A stretch of 64,000 nucleotides of DNA from a virus (IMGVR_UViG_3300036831_000148:64001-128000), one strand, 5' to 3'. Counted from the first letter of the stretch, positions 46,217 to 55,964 are shown. Numbers and translations: made by a program. Notes: generated from the letters alone by a model not told the origin.

Positions 46217-46250
46217 CCGCAGCTGCCCGCCAGCTCTTGCCAGAGCTGGC

Positions 46251-46284
46251 AATAGCCCGCCAGGTCGCGACCTGGCGGGCTATT
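46251..46284. terminator. bidirectional hairpin between convergent genes
   Basis: aatagcccgccaggtc-gc-gacctggcgggctatt. Confidence 0.7.
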
Positions 46285-46293
46285 GGTGCTGGC

Positions 46294-46557
46294 CTAGCGC
46301 GAGCTCCTGCCGCGGCGAGGCCTCGCCGCGCGCTGGGGTGCCACGTAGGGGCGCTCACGGCGCCGCTGGGCGACCGTGGGACGCGACGCCATGGCGTCAA
46401 GCATCTGCGCCGTGCGGGCCTCGCTACGGCCGCCGTTCAGCCGTGAGCGGTGCCATACAGCCTCGCGCCGCATCTCGTCCGGGGTCATGCGCAAAGCCGT
46501 GCCGTACGCCACTGCGGCGCGCCGGCCCGCGTCCCTCTGCTGCCTGGTGAGTGCCAT
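46294..46557 (-). CDS. hypothetical early protein
   Basis: conserved leader and promoter upstream. Confidence 0.6.
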   Translation of the reverse strand: MALTRQQRDAGRRAAVAYGTALRMTPDEMRREAVWHRSRLNGGRSEARTAQMLDAMASRPTVAQRRRERPYVAPQRAARPRRGRSSR

Positions 46558-46620
46558 GGGTGCCTGCCTCTCGTTTGCTTGACTCCAGTCTAGCTCATTG
46601 GCTTGACCACAGACAAGCAA

Positions 46621-46649
46621 CTAGCCCGGAACCTTGGGTTCCGGGCTAG
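46621..46649 (-). terminator. hairpin terminator
   Basis: ctagcccggaacc-ttg-ggttccgggctag. Confidence 0.65.
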
Positions 46650-46661
46650 CGGGGGAGAGGC

Positions 46662-47087
46662 CTAGCGGCCGGTGAACCCCTCCGCGATGCGCTTGTCCGT
46701 CAGGACAAAGCGCACGATGTCAGCATGAGGGCCGAACATGCGGGCAAGCGTGCCGCAGTCCCCCTGCTCGTCAATGACCTCCCAGAGAACTTGCTGGGTC
46801 TTGACACGGTCAGCCTCGCTGAACTCGCGGGTGTCCGGCGCGCGCCCGGTAGCAGCTTCAAGATCGGCGCTCTCGCGCATGGGGTCTACCTCGTAAGCCG
46901 AGATCTTAAGGTCTGCGGCCGCAATGAGGCCCAGAGGGTTAATGATGCCCTCCGCCACGCGCGCCGCGCTTTCCTTGCTGAGAATGCCCTGGACACGGGA
47001 GTCTAGGTAAAAGGTGGGGACACTGCGGCTACCGTCAAAACCGCCATCGTGCGTAATGACCTGAGTGTGAATCGCGTACGTGGTCAC
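46662..47087 (-). CDS. hypothetical early protein
   Basis: conserved leader and promoter upstream. Confidence 0.7.
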   Translation of the reverse strand: MTTYAIHTQVITHDGGFDGSRSVPTFYLDSRVQGILSKESAARVAEGIINPLGLIAAADLKISAYEVDPMRESADLEAATGRAPDTREFSEADRVKTQQVLWEVIDEQGDCGTLARMFGPHADIVRFVLTDKRIAEGFTGR

Positions 47088-47156
47088 TGAGTGCCTGCCT
47101 CTCGGTTGGTTGCCTGGGGCAAGCTTACCCGTAAGGCTTGACTAGAGTCAAGACTA

Positions 47157-47191
47157 CTAGCCCGGGAACCTTCCTGCCGTTCCCGGGCTAG
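47157..47191 (-). terminator. hairpin terminator
   Basis: ctagcccgggaac...gttcccgggctag. Confidence 0.65.
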
Positions 47192-47206
47192 CGCGCGAGG
47201 CCGCGC

Positions 47207-47704
47207 CTAGTAGCGGCGTCCCCTGTTTTTCAGGTTAAGCAGCACCGTGAGCGCACCGCGCAGAGAGTGAGTCTCAGCGTAGATACCGCCGGTCAGCCGG
47301 TAAACCTCATACGGCTTGGCGTCCTCGTCTTCCGGCATGACATCGGAGGCCGGCCTGTTGTCGGCGCGCGCGTCGGTCACGTAGCCGAGAGGCTTGCGCG
47401 CGCGGGGGGTAGACAGCGTGTCCTCCCGGGTAACCGGGTAGACAGACCAGTCTGCCATAGCGGGCATTGAGACCTCCCCGTACGGGACTGCCTCAGCGTA
47501 GTCGCCGCGCGCGCCGCCGTAGACAGTGGTCACGAGGTAGCCGGCGGGCCGCCAGTAGACACGTGCCCTGGGCGCGGTCACCATGCCCTCTTGAACGGCT
47601 CTCTCCAGCCATTCAGCGGCAGCGTTCACCGTGTAAGAGTGCTGGCCTGTCAGCAGTTCCATAGCGCCGCCCCGGTCAAGCAGCGGCGTAGCGGTGGGAG
47701 TCAT
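47207..47704 (-). CDS. hypothetical early protein
   Basis: leader GAAAAGGCAGGCA. Confidence 0.7.
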   Translation of the reverse strand: MTPTATPLLDRGGAMELLTGQHSYTVNAAAEWLERAVQEGMVTAPRARVYWRPAGYLVTTVYGGARGDYAEAVPYGEVSMPAMADWSVYPVTREDTLSTPRARKPLGYVTDARADNRPASDVMPEDEDAKPYEVYRLTGGIYAETHSLRGALTVLLNLKNRGRRY

Positions 47705-47719
47705 CGGGTGCCTGCCTTT

Positions 47720-47890
47720 TCAGAAGTTGTCGGTGGCGAGGAACAAGCCGGATCCCGCGTCCCACCAGATCAGGCACACGGTGCCGTCCCGGTCGGTGGC
47801 TTGCATGCTGTCCGCGTCGCCGGCGCGCATCTCGTCAAGGTCAGCCTGCGCAAGCCCGGGGAACGCTTCCCGCATCTCGTCTGAGGTCAT
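47720..47890 (-). CDS. small hypothetical protein (56 aa), leaderless
   Basis: TTGACT-17-TACAGT-6 nt-ATG; MTSDEMREAFPGL... Confidence 0.6.
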   Translation of the reverse strand: MTSDEMREAFPGLAQADLDEMRAGDADSMQATDRDGTVCLIWWDAGSGLFLATDNF

Positions 47891-47976
47891 GCCCTCACTG
47901 TACAGATGTACTTGACTAGAGTCAAGGCTAGAGATTATCCTGCAGGTACATCAAACCGGAAGGCAGGCAAGCCAGG

Positions 47977-48366
47977 ATGAACAAGCCGCTGGTCAGGACT
48001 AACGGGGCATACGCGCGGGTCACCCGCGCCGGCGCAGTACAGCTAAACCCCCCTAACGCCTACTGGGAGCCGGGCAGTGAGAGCCTGCTCGCTGAGTCGC
48101 ACGGCGCGGCCTCCGTTATTACCCACCTCGTCATGGCGGGCCGCCTCACCGTGAACGAGCTAGCCGGCGAGTTCCTGCGGCTAGTGGAGGCTGACGTTGC
48201 GGCCGGCTACGTGGGGTGGGACATGCCTGACCTGCAGTACCTGTGCGACAACACCGACGCCAACAGTTACGGGCTGGAGATACTCGGCTGTGACATGTCG
48301 GACGAGGGCATGGAACTTTGGAACAACGTTTACGAGCGTGTTGACGAGCTCCTGACAGGCCGCTAG
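47977..48366 (+). CDS. hypothetical early protein (plus strand)
   Basis: TTGACT-18-TATCCT promoter and leader CCGGAAGGCAGGCA on the + strand. Confidence 0.75.
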   Translation: MNKPLVRTNGAYARVTRAGAVQLNPPNAYWEPGSESLLAESHGAASVITHLVMAGRLTVNELAGEFLRLVEADVAAGYVGWDMPDLQYLCDNTDANSYGLEILGCDMSDEGMELWNNVYERVDELLTGR

Positions 48367-48381
48367 CTCGCGTTTCCGCAC

Positions 48382-48423
48382 GCCTGCTAGCCCGCCAGGT
48401 CTCGACCTGGCGGGCTAGCAGGC
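48382..48423. terminator. bidirectional hairpin
   Basis: gcctgctagcccgccaggtc-tc-gacctggcgggctagcaggc. Confidence 0.7.
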
Positions 48424-48594
48424 GTGCCGCGGCAGCCCTCGCGGGAGAGCTGGCGGCCAGCTGAGGGAGAGTTCCCAGTACGGATCTTCCCGGCCTGGGG
48501 CATCACCGGGCAGGCTCATTACCGCTACCGGCGCTTACGCGCGCTGGCCCCCCTGGAGGCTGCCTCCAGGGGGGCGCAGTGCCGGCGAGGCCGG

Positions 48595-48927
48595 CTAGCT
48601 CGCGTAAACCCACCTGACCACTAGGTCAGAGTCACGGTCCGCCGCGTACGCGTCATCGGCGATCTTCTGGGCGGGGGCGCTGCGGGTGAACAGGTGAAGG
48701 GCCTTGCCCGCCGCGTAGTCGCTGGCCTTAGCCTGCGGGACGTAGCGGAACACGCCGTACAGGCCGGTTTCCGTGTAGAACGTCCCTCCGCAGTAGGCGC
48801 AGCGCTTGCGCTTCGGCCGGCCCTCGCCGCTGGTGTGGCTTCCGCTGACGCTGAGGCTTGACGCGCAGTAGTACCGCGTCGCGCGGCCGGCGGGGACCTT
48901 AGCCGGGCTGGTCTGCTGACTGGTCAT
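48595..48927 (-). CDS. hypothetical protein
   Basis: CAYCG. Confidence 0.6.
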   Translation of the reverse strand: MTSQQTSPAKVPAGRATRYYCASSLSVSGSHTSGEGRPKRKRCAYCGGTFYTETGLYGVFRYVPQAKASDYAAGKALHLFTRSAPAQKIADDAYAADRDSDLVVRWVYAS

Positions 48928-48936
48928 GGGGTGCCC

Positions 48937-49527
48937 TCACATCCTGGTAACGGTGAAGCCGGGGACCATGGTCACGTCCGCCGGCTTGCGGGTGTAGGTA
49001 CCCGGGACGCGGTAAGAGCGGCCGGCGGCGGGCATCTCGCGCAGGCACCCGACAGGCCGCGCGCTGGCCGCGCTGGTGTACAGGTAGAACAGTTCGGCGC
49101 CGGCGCCGCACACGGAACGCGTGACCGCAACGGCCGTGATGTCATGGGCGGGCACGGCCTCGCGCGGCGCGCTGCACTCGGATTCGCTGCAGCCCGCGTG
49201 CGGGTGCCAGTCTCCCGGGCCGGCGCCGCACGGGTCATCGCGCGTGCTGCGGCAGTAGTAGTAGCCGACGCGGGCCTGGGAGCAGTGGTTGGCGCGGACG
49301 CGGTCCCTCTCGGCCTCGCTGCGGTCATTCAGTTCAGTGAAACGGACGCCGGCCTCCGCGCAGCGCTCGCGGTAGGCGTAGGCCTCAGCCTCGCTGAGCA
49401 CGCGCTCAGCCTCGCGGCGGTAAGCGCTGGTCTCCCGCCATGCGGCCCCGTGCCGGTCACGGTCAAGCGCCGCGCGGCCGGCCGCCATCATCTCAGGGTC
49501 AAACTCGGGATAGTAAGCGTCAGTCAC
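48937..49527 (-). CDS. Cys-rich hypothetical protein
   Basis: ORF in the cassette. Confidence 0.6.
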   Translation of the reverse strand: MTDAYYPEFDPEMMAAGRAALDRDRHGAAWRETSAYRREAERVLSEAEAYAYRERCAEAGVRFTELNDRSEAERDRVRANHCSQARVGYYYCRSTRDDPCGAGPGDWHPHAGCSESECSAPREAVPAHDITAVAVTRSVCGAGAELFYLYTSAASARPVGCLREMPAAGRSYRVPGTYTRKPADVTMVPGFTVTRM

Positions 49528-49538
49528 GGCCGGGCCTC

Positions 49539-49754
49539 TCAGAATCCCATGAGCGCGTCAAGTACCGCGCTGTCCAGGGCAGGGGCCTCGATACCGCCGC
49601 GCGCGTAGGCTGCCGCGGCAGCCCGCACGTGCGGGAAGCGGTCCAGCATGTGGGCCGCCATCTGCGCCGTCTCGTCGTAGCCGAATTCGGCAGGGTCCCC
49701 CTTGACGCGGTCTATGGCGTCTGCCGTGTGCGCTAGCTGTATCGAGTCGTACAT
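49539..49754 (-). CDS. hypothetical early protein
   Basis: leader and promoter upstream. Confidence 0.65.
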   Translation of the reverse strand: MYDSIQLAHTADAIDRVKGDPAEFGYDETAQMAAHMLDRFPHVRAAAAAYARGGIEAPALDSAVLDALMGF

Positions 49755-49764
49755 GGTGCCTGCC

Positions 49765-49819
49765 CCTCTCGGTTGCCTGTGGCCCTACTGTACAGGGTCA
49801 GCTTGACTAGAGTCAAGAG
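49765..49819 (-). repeat. 55-bp promoter/leader block identical to 50746-50800, near-identical copy at about 51071-51120
   Basis: cctctcggttgcctgtggccctactgtacagggtcagcttgactagagtcaagag at both sites. Confidence 0.85.
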
Positions 49820-49840
49820 GCTAGGCAGGAGAGGGGACAG

Positions 49841-49880
49841 AAAAACCGGGCGCGTTCATCTTTCATCAAACGCGCCCGGT
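49841..49880 (-). terminator. Rho-independent terminator
   Basis: accgggcgcgtt...aacgcgcccggt followed by TTTTT on the minus strand. Confidence 0.7.
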
Positions 49881-49908
49881 CTCCCGGTATCCAGTTGTCA
49901 CAGCATAG

Positions 49909-50133
49909 CTAGGCAGGGGGCAGGCCGGCCAGGGCCTCGCTCACCTGCCACGCGGGCAAGCGCAGGCCGCCAGCGTCGGCGAGCGCCGTAGCCGTCTCGC
50001 GGTCGGGCGCGTACACGGCCGCCGTGTCAAACAGCCAGCACCGCAGCCCGGCCGCGCCGCCGTAGCCGGGCAGGCAGCCCGGCGCGCGGAAGCGGAACAC
50101 GGCGCGGCCGGGCTCGCGAAAGTCCACGTCCAC
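49909..50133 (-). CDS. hypothetical protein
   Basis: TAGTG coupling. Confidence 0.5.
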   Translation of the reverse strand: MDVDFREPGRAVFRFRAPGCLPGYGGAAGLRCWLFDTAAVYAPDRETATALADAGGLRLPAWQVSEALAGLPPA

Positions 50134-50735
50134 TAGAACCCCAGGGCGGTACCGTAAGCGCGGTCAGCCTCGCTGACCAGGCGTGCCGCGTGGTCAATGG
50201 CGCGGGCAAGGCCCCGCGCCGCTAGCCGCAGGTCGGTACGGACCGTGTAGAAGTCCACCAGCCTGCGCGGGTACTGCTCAGGCTCAGCAGTGAAGGGGAG
50301 GCCGCTGCCGCCGGGAACGTCCATGCCGGCCGCGCGCAGCCGCGCGTAAAAGTTCTTTGACTCGTCATGCGTGCGGGTCACGTAGTGGATTTCGTGCCCC
50401 ATGATGACGTGCCCGGTCGCAATGCGGTCAAGCAGCATGGACACGCCGGCCGGGCAGCCCTCGCCGCGCGCCATCTCCCGCAGCGTCTCGCGGGTCCCGT
50501 AGGGAACGAACTGGGCGGGCTGGTCACTGTGGGGAACCGCCCACTTGCACGCTTCGGTAATGCACTGGTGGCCGGCGCCACGGTGCCCCATGAGGCAAAG
50601 GTGGTAGCCCTCTTCGCACACGTAGACCTCATGGCCGGCGTAGGTGACGCCGGCCAGCTCCCACGGCGCGCCGCACGGGTCAAGCTGGGGGGTGACCGCG
50701 GCGCTGGTCCGCTGGTCAAGGATGATGATCGTCAC
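50133..50735 (-). CDS. hypothetical early protein
   Basis: leader and promoter upstream. Confidence 0.7.
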   Translation of the reverse strand: MTIIILDQRTSAAVTPQLDPCGAPWELAGVTYAGHEVYVCEEGYHLCLMGHRGAGHQCITEACKWAVPHSDQPAQFVPYGTRETLREMARGEGCPAGVSMLLDRIATGHVIMGHEIHYVTRTHDESKNFYARLRAAGMDVPGGSGLPFTAEPEQYPRRLVDFYTVRTDLRLAARGLARAIDHAARLVSEADRAYGTALGF

Positions 50736-50801
50736 TTGCTGCCTGCCTCTCGGTTGCCTGTGGCCCTACTGTACAGGGTCAGCTTGACTAGAGTCAAGAG
50801 A

Positions 50802-51053
50802 CTAGCAGGCGCTCGCGTGCTCGCACCGCGTGCCGCCGTGCCCCAGGTCAGCCGCGTACCAGCGGACCAGCGGCCAGCCCTCCGGGTGTACCAGCACGTC
50901 CGTCCGGTAAGTCGCGAACGAGAAACCCTGCTCGCGCGCGGCGGCATCCAGCCTGTCCGCGTAACCGGGTACCTCGGTGTCCGGAATGGTGAGCTCTGCC
51001 TGCTCTATGGCGCCAGGGCTCTCTGTCGTCCATGCGTACGTCCGGAGTTTCAC
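50802..51053 (-). CDS. hypothetical early protein
   Basis: leader and promoter upstream. Confidence 0.65.
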   Translation of the reverse strand: MKLRTYAWTTESPGAIEQAELTIPDTEVPGYADRLDAAAREQGFSFATYRTDVLVHPEGWPLVRWYAADLGHGGTRCEHASAC

Positions 51054-51171
51054 GGGGTGCCTGCCTCTCGCTCGGTTGCCTGCCCCTACAGTACAGGGTC
51101 AGCTTGACTAGAGTCAAGAGTACAGCGCCGCTCGCGCCGGCGGGGAGGCTAGCGCGAGCGGCGCTGCATTA

Positions 51172-52509
51172 TCACACGCGCGGTACTCCGAGCCTGGCGA
51201 GGTAATCCGGTACGGGAACAGGGTCGCCAGGAACGCCGGCCCGTACCCCGGCGGGAGCCGGGGCAGGATCCGGGGCACTCGGGCGCGCGGTGCCCGGCCT
51301 GACCCCGTAAACCCGGTCTGAGCCGTCAGGGTGGGCGTAGCGGGCTACGTGCACGGCTTCCCGGTCGGGAAGGGCTCGCCAGGTCAGCACCGCGCCGGCG
51401 TCCGCTGCGGCAGCGGCGCGTGCATCCTCGCGCGTGGCGAACTCCCCGGGAAGGTAGATGTTCGCGTCCGGGCAGCGGTCACGGCGTACCAGGCAGAGAA
51501 CCGCGAACGGCCCGGGGTCGCTGTCGGCCGGCGGGGCGGCCGTGCCCGCGGTCAGGGCGAGCACGGGCCGCGAGCGCTGCAGTTCCGCCGTGCCGGCGAG
51601 CTCAGCGGCCGCAATGCGGGCGCTGCGGGCGCTGGCCGAAGCCACGAACTCAGCGTGGGCAGCCACCCCCAGGCCCGTTATGACGTACCGCTGAGGTTCC
51701 GCGCCGCTGCCGTTGGCCTTTTCCTGCAGGATGACCCGTACCCGCTCGTCTTCCGGGCTGAGGTCAACGCGCAGCACCACGCGCAGCGAGTCAAGCACCG
51801 CCGGCGAGCCGGCCACCTTCCCGTCCTTGGTGAAGTGGTGCAAGATCACGAACGCGATGTCAGCGGCTCGCGCGAACTCGGCCAGCTCGACCATGACGCG
51901 CCTGGCCCGCTGCCGGTAGTCAATCGAGTAGCCGTCAGACAGCAGCGCGGACAGCGAGTCAGCTACCACCATGCCGACGCGCGGGGTTCCCTGCTCGTCG
52001 GCCTCGCGGTTCATCATGCTGACAACCTGGGCGATGCGCGGGCAGTCAGCTGGGATGGTGACCAGCCCGCCGTCTAGCCAGCGCGAGAGGTTATGGACGA
52101 GGTGAATAGCGCCGTCCGGGCCTTCGCCAGCCAGCTCAGGCTCTAGGCCGAACTCGGCTACCGCGCGCGCGATGGCGGCGCGCAGCCGCGGCGCCAGGTC
52201 CTCGTAGGCGTCATCCTCGCCAGGGCCGGTGATCCACAGCACGCGGACGGGCTCGCGCCGCTCCTCCTGGTCGTCGCCGGGGAACGGGAGGCCGAGAACC
52301 AGCCGCGCGGCCACGGCCGCCGTGAGGAAGCCCTTGCCCGTGCCGCCTTTCGCGGCGATGACAACGGGTGACCCTACCGGGATGTAGCCGCGCCACCACC
52401 AGCGCCGCTCAATAACCGGGTAGCTCCCGAAACCAGGGGCGACGCGCCCGGATCCGGGAACTGGGCTAGGTGCGGGCTGCACCTCAGCCAGCACGTCAGT
52501 TAGCGACAT
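51172..52509 (-). CDS. AAA_25 / RepA-like P-loop ATPase (helicase-like)
   Basis: WWWRGYIP, IAAKGGTGKG, VVADSL, ILHHFTK, AGS, EKANG; start ATG 52509 after the leader. Confidence 0.75.
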   Translation of the reverse strand: MSLTDVLAEVQPAPSPVPGSGRVAPGFGSYPVIERRWWWRGYIPVGSPVVIAAKGGTGKGFLTAAVAARLVLGLPFPGDDQEERREPVRVLWITGPGEDDAYEDLAPRLRAAIARAVAEFGLEPELAGEGPDGAIHLVHNLSRWLDGGLVTIPADCPRIAQVVSMMNREADEQGTPRVGMVVADSLSALLSDGYSIDYRQRARRVMVELAEFARAADIAFVILHHFTKDGKVAGSPAVLDSLRVVLRVDLSPEDERVRVILQEKANGSGAEPQRYVITGLGVAAHAEFVASASARSARIAAAELAGTAELQRSRPVLALTAGTAAPPADSDPGPFAVLCLVRRDRCPDANIYLPGEFATREDARAAAAADAGAVLTWRALPDREAVHVARYAHPDGSDRVYGVRPGTARPSAPDPAPAPAGVRAGVPGDPVPVPDYLARLGVPRV

Positions 52510-52626
52510 AAGCGCCTGCCTTTCATCGGTTGCTCTACCTGCGATGATATAGCAGGGCTTGACTTGAGTCAAGACAAGCAGCAGCCCGCCAGGCCACCCG
52601 GGGGGCCTGGCGGGCTGGTCAGGGGG

Positions 52627-53094
52627 TTAGCGGGGCTGAGCCTCGCGCATGCGCCAGTAGTCGAATACCACGCGGTCGCGGACGTTCGGGTTAAGCGTGT
52701 GCACCGTGCGAACGCCGTACGCGCCGTCCTGGGTGACCAGCGCCAGCGTGTACTGAGCGTTACTCATGGCCGCGGTCATCAGGACCGGCTGCAGCGCGTA
52801 GAACCCGCCCGGCCCCATCCCGTCGCGCGGGTCACCGCTCAGGAACTCGCCGTGCGACTCGGCGGCGTACCCGTACAGGACCCGCGTCGTACCCCACGTG
52901 CCCGCGTCCGGAAGGTCGTTCTCCAGGGTCAGGCCGCGCTCCGTCATCCAGCGGTCAAGGCCGGCCCGCGTCTCGAACGCGGTGTGGGACATTGACCCGT
53001 TGCTGACTATGAACCAGTAAGGGCCGTGCCGCTCGTGCTGCTCGGCCGTCAGCGAGGTAACTTGCAGCTTGTCAAAAACCTGCCGGTAAACCAT
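52627..53094 (-). CDS. hypothetical early protein
   Basis: leader and promoter upstream. Confidence 0.7.
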   Translation of the reverse strand: MVYRQVFDKLQVTSLTAEQHERHGPYWFIVSNGSMSHTAFETRAGLDRWMTERGLTLENDLPDAGTWGTTRVLYGYAAESHGEFLSGDPRDGMGPGGFYALQPVLMTAAMSNAQYTLALVTQDGAYGVRTVHTLNPNVRDRVVFDYWRMREAQPR

Positions 53095-53161
53095 GGGTGC
53101 CTGCCCTTCGGTTGGTTGCCTGGGGCCAGTTTACCGGCAGATCTTGACTAGAGTCAAGAGA

Positions 53162-53506
53162 TTACCTGGCGGGCCTGGTGAACTCCCCGCAGGTCTGGCA
53201 CCACCCGGCCTGGTACTTGGCGCACAACTCACAGGCCGCGCTGCCGCACCCGTCCGAGCTGTGGTAAACGTGCGAGTCGAACGTCTCGGTTACCGGGTCA
53301 AAGTCGCCGAATGTAGAAGTGCTGAGGATGTTGAAGCACACCGGGCAGGAGGTTTCCGCCATGCGCTGGCAGTCACCGCACCCGGGGAACCGGGCGAAGT
53401 TCTCCGCGCAGTGCATCACGTTGACCGTTGCCGAGTGCCGGCCGTCCGCTGTCGGCTTGTCCGCAGCGCGCGGGAGCCGGTAGGCGTAGCTCCTGGGCCC
53501 GCTCAT
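53162..53506 (-). CDS. Cys-rich hypothetical protein
   Basis: several CxxC; ATGA coupling. Confidence 0.6.
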   Translation of the reverse strand: MSGPRSYAYRLPRAADKPTADGRHSATVNVMHCAENFARFPGCGDCQRMAETSCPVCFNILSTSTFGDFDPVTETFDSHVYHSSDGCGSAACELCAKYQAGWCQTCGEFTRPAR

Positions 53507-53736
53507 GCCCCCGCCGCCTGCCCGGCCGCAACCGCCTCGTAACGCTCGGTATCGTGGTCAAAGGTCAGCAGGTGACCGGGCGCGGCCAGGTCCGGCCCCT
53601 TGGTCATGTGCACCGCGCCGACGTCACGAGCCCAGCTCATGAGCCTGCGCGCGCGGGTGTTGGAGACCAGCGTGCCCGCGGGCGACTGGCCGGAGGTGAG
53701 CCAGCTAAACGCCTGGTCGTGAGTCATCGGGTCCAT
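53503..53736 (-). CDS. hypothetical early protein
   Basis: leader and promoter upstream. Confidence 0.65.
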   Translation of the reverse strand: MDPMTHDQAFSWLTSGQSPAGTLVSNTRARRLMSWARDVGAVHMTKGPDLAAPGHLLTFDHDTERYEAVAAGQAAGA

Positions 53737-53806
53737 GTGCCTGCCCCTCGTTGGTTGCCTGCGCCCATCTTACCGGCAAGGCTTGACTAGAGTCAAGGTA
53801 CAGGCT

Positions 53807-54082
53807 CTAGCGCACCGCCACAGACAGCCGGGGGAGGCCACTAATCCAGTTCTCTAGCGCCTGGTCGCGGCGCCGCTGCTGCGCTGCCGTCAGCCTGGAG
53901 GCCGGGTCGTACCAGATGCCGCGCCCGGCCGTGTAGCGCGTCTCCAGGCTGCTCGCGGCGAGGGTGACGGTACCGTCGTCGTTTACCGCCACGTCGGCCC
54001 ACAGGGGCACGAACCTGCGCCACCACTCAGCGGGGCGCGGGAAGGCGGGCGCGTCGATCTTGCCCTGGTCAATGACGATCAT
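53807..54082 (-). CDS. hypothetical protein
   Basis: ATGA coupling. Confidence 0.55.
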   Translation of the reverse strand: MIVIDQGKIDAPAFPRPAEWWRRFVPLWADVAVNDDGTVTLAASSLETRYTAGRGIWYDPASRLTAAQQRRRDQALENWISGLPRLSVAVR

Positions 54083-54354
54083 GATTCCTCGCTGCCGGTA
54101 AACCGGAAGTCCACGCCGGCGCACAGGCCGGACGCCGCGCTGTTGTCGGCGAAGGTGACGGAGTAGCGGGTCCACGGATTCGAGCCGTGCGACTCGACTC
54201 TGGTCACGACGCCTTTAAGGCCCGCAGGGATCGGGAGAAGGTACCTGGCGTAGTCAGGATCCCCCCAGCCGGGGAAGTCAGCGGACCGGCGGCGGTGCCG
54301 CGCGCCGAGCGCAGACACCGGCCGCCCCTTGTCGCCGTCGTGAACGTTGCTCAC
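54079..54354 (-). CDS. hypothetical SH3-like protein
   Basis: IPAGLKGVVTRV...YSVTF. Confidence 0.55.
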   Translation of the reverse strand: MSNVHDGDKGRPVSALGARHRRRSADFPGWGDPDYARYLLPIPAGLKGVVTRVESHGSNPWTRYSVTFADNSAASGLCAGVDFRFTGSEES

Positions 54355-54833
54355 GCGGTAGCCTCGCCGCGCTCGTGGTCAGGCCAGATCCAGTTATAGC
54401 CGCCGCTGCCGAACTCCGGGCCACCGAACGGCGTGCCGTTGCGGTCAAGCCGGGGAGGCAGGTAGCGGCGCGTGCCGCCCGCCAGGGCGAACAGCCAGCC
54501 GGACATGTCGTACGGGTAGCTGTCCACCACGCCGACGCGCGCGGCTATGGCCGCGGTCAGGTGCGGCTCGGGGCAGTGGCACCCGTTGATGACGTGGCAG
54601 AAACTCGCGTGGCTGCCGGTGATGCTGGCCGCCGCCTGCTCGCGCGAGGTGAAGCCGCTGCCCCACTCGCCGCACAGCAGGCACTCGGCGCAGTACGCCA
54701 TGTCAGGGTGCCTGCTGTGCCAGGTGCGGTAGCGCGCGGTGCGCTGCTCGCGGAGGGCCCTGTCAAACTTCACGAACCCGGGCACGTACGCCAGGCGCAC
54801 GGGCCGGGCCGCGGCGGTCGGGGTGATGGTCAT
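54351..54833 (-). CDS. hypothetical early protein
   Basis: leader GCGAAAGGCAGGCAGCCATG. Confidence 0.7.
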   Translation of the reverse strand: MTITPTAAARPVRLAYVPGFVKFDRALREQRTARYRTWHSRHPDMAYCAECLLCGEWGSGFTSREQAAASITGSHASFCHVINGCHCPEPHLTAAIAARVGVVDSYPYDMSGWLFALAGGTRRYLPPRLDRNGTPFGGPEFGSGGYNWIWPDHERGEATA

Positions 54834-54914
54834 GGCTGCCTGCCTTTCGCGGTCAGGCGGGGGGCCTTACGGCCACCCCGCGTGACTCCACTATAAGGCT
54901 TGTCTTGACTTGAG

Positions 54915-55172
54915 TCAAGATGATGACGACAGCACTTCCCGGCCCGCTCCGGTCAGCTCAAGCGCGTACGGCCCGGCAACAGTCCCCGGGCTCACCAGCC
55001 CGGCCGCGATGGCACGGTCAACCGAACGGTAACCGAACTGCAGGCCGCACTGCAGGCCTGTCTCCGGGTGCGGCGCCACGTGGCGGGCCGGCCCGATCTT
55101 CGCGCACCCCGGGTTAGCCGCCACGTAGGCGAGCACCTCGCGCATCCGGGGGCCGACGCGGGGCGCTCTCAT
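54915..55172 (-). CDS. small winged-helix-like protein
   Basis: VLAYVAANPG...YRSVDRAIAAGLV...LELTGAGREVL. Confidence 0.55.
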   Translation of the reverse strand: MRAPRVGPRMREVLAYVAANPGCAKIGPARHVAPHPETGLQCGLQFGYRSVDRAIAAGLVSPGTVAGPYALELTGAGREVLSSSS

Positions 55173-55672
55173 GACACAGCCTGAAGGGTAGCCGCGAGCT
55201 CGACCCAGCGCAGTTGGTAGCCCGTGCGCCAGTGCCGCGAGCGGCGCCGGGAGATCATGTCATCGCTGGTGGTCAGTTCGCCGGCCACCCAGTCCGCATC
55301 GCACTGCGCGATGCCGGCGGCGGCCTGCTCGGCCTCGGCCTGCGTGCCCGGGGTACGGCGGCCGAGGTTGAACGTAGGCGTGCTGAACGGCGCGAGGGCG
55401 GGCCGGAAGCTGCCGCAGCCGGCGCAGCCGGGCGCGAGGCAGGTACCGCCCTCGCCGTGGTCCACGCCGCGGTGCGCGCACGCGCACAGCATCCGCAGCC
55501 GGATCACCGCGAAGCGGATGCGCCCGAACTCCTCCGGGCGAGCCGGGCGGACGCACCCGCCGAGCAGTTCGGCCAGGTTCTCGTCTGTCGGCTGCTGGCC
55601 GTCGCGCGCGTCCACGATGAACTTAACCCCGTAGCGCTCCCAGCGCCGGGCGAGTGCTTTCTCTGATGCCAC
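55169..55672 (-). CDS. hypothetical early protein
   Basis: leader and promoter upstream. Confidence 0.65.
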   Translation of the reverse strand: MASEKALARRWERYGVKFIVDARDGQQPTDENLAELLGGCVRPARPEEFGRIRFAVIRLRMLCACAHRGVDHGEGGTCLAPGCAGCGSFRPALAPFSTPTFNLGRRTPGTQAEAEQAAAGIAQCDADWVAGELTTSDDMISRRRSRHWRTGYQLRWVELAATLQAVS

Positions 55673-55784
55673 GGTGTCCTGCCTTCCGGTCGGCTGCCTG
55701 TCCCCTGATCATATGCTCTGACTTGACTAGAGTCAAGATAAACGCCAAGGCCCCCGGGGTGACCCCGGGGGCCTTGCGCTGCGG

Positions 55785-55964
55785 CTAGAACGCGTAGGCA
55801 CGCAGGCCCTGGCGGCTGCCACGGCGCTCGCGGCGGGTGTAGCTCACCTTGACCAGGCCGCGCCGTCCGTGGTTCCAGCGGTGCGCCCTGTGGAGCCGGC
55901 TGAACGCCTCTACCTCGGTGGCGGTCTTGCAGGGGCGGTTGTGCATCTTCTCAACATCGTTCAC
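55785..55964 (-). CDS. small basic early protein (59 aa)
   Basis: manual translation MNDVEKMHNRPCKTATEVEAFSR...; leader GCGAAGGGCAGGCAACC. Confidence 0.55.
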   Translation of the reverse strand: MNDVEKMHNRPCKTATEVEAFSRLHRAHRWNHGRRGLVKVSYTRRERRGSRQGLRAYAF

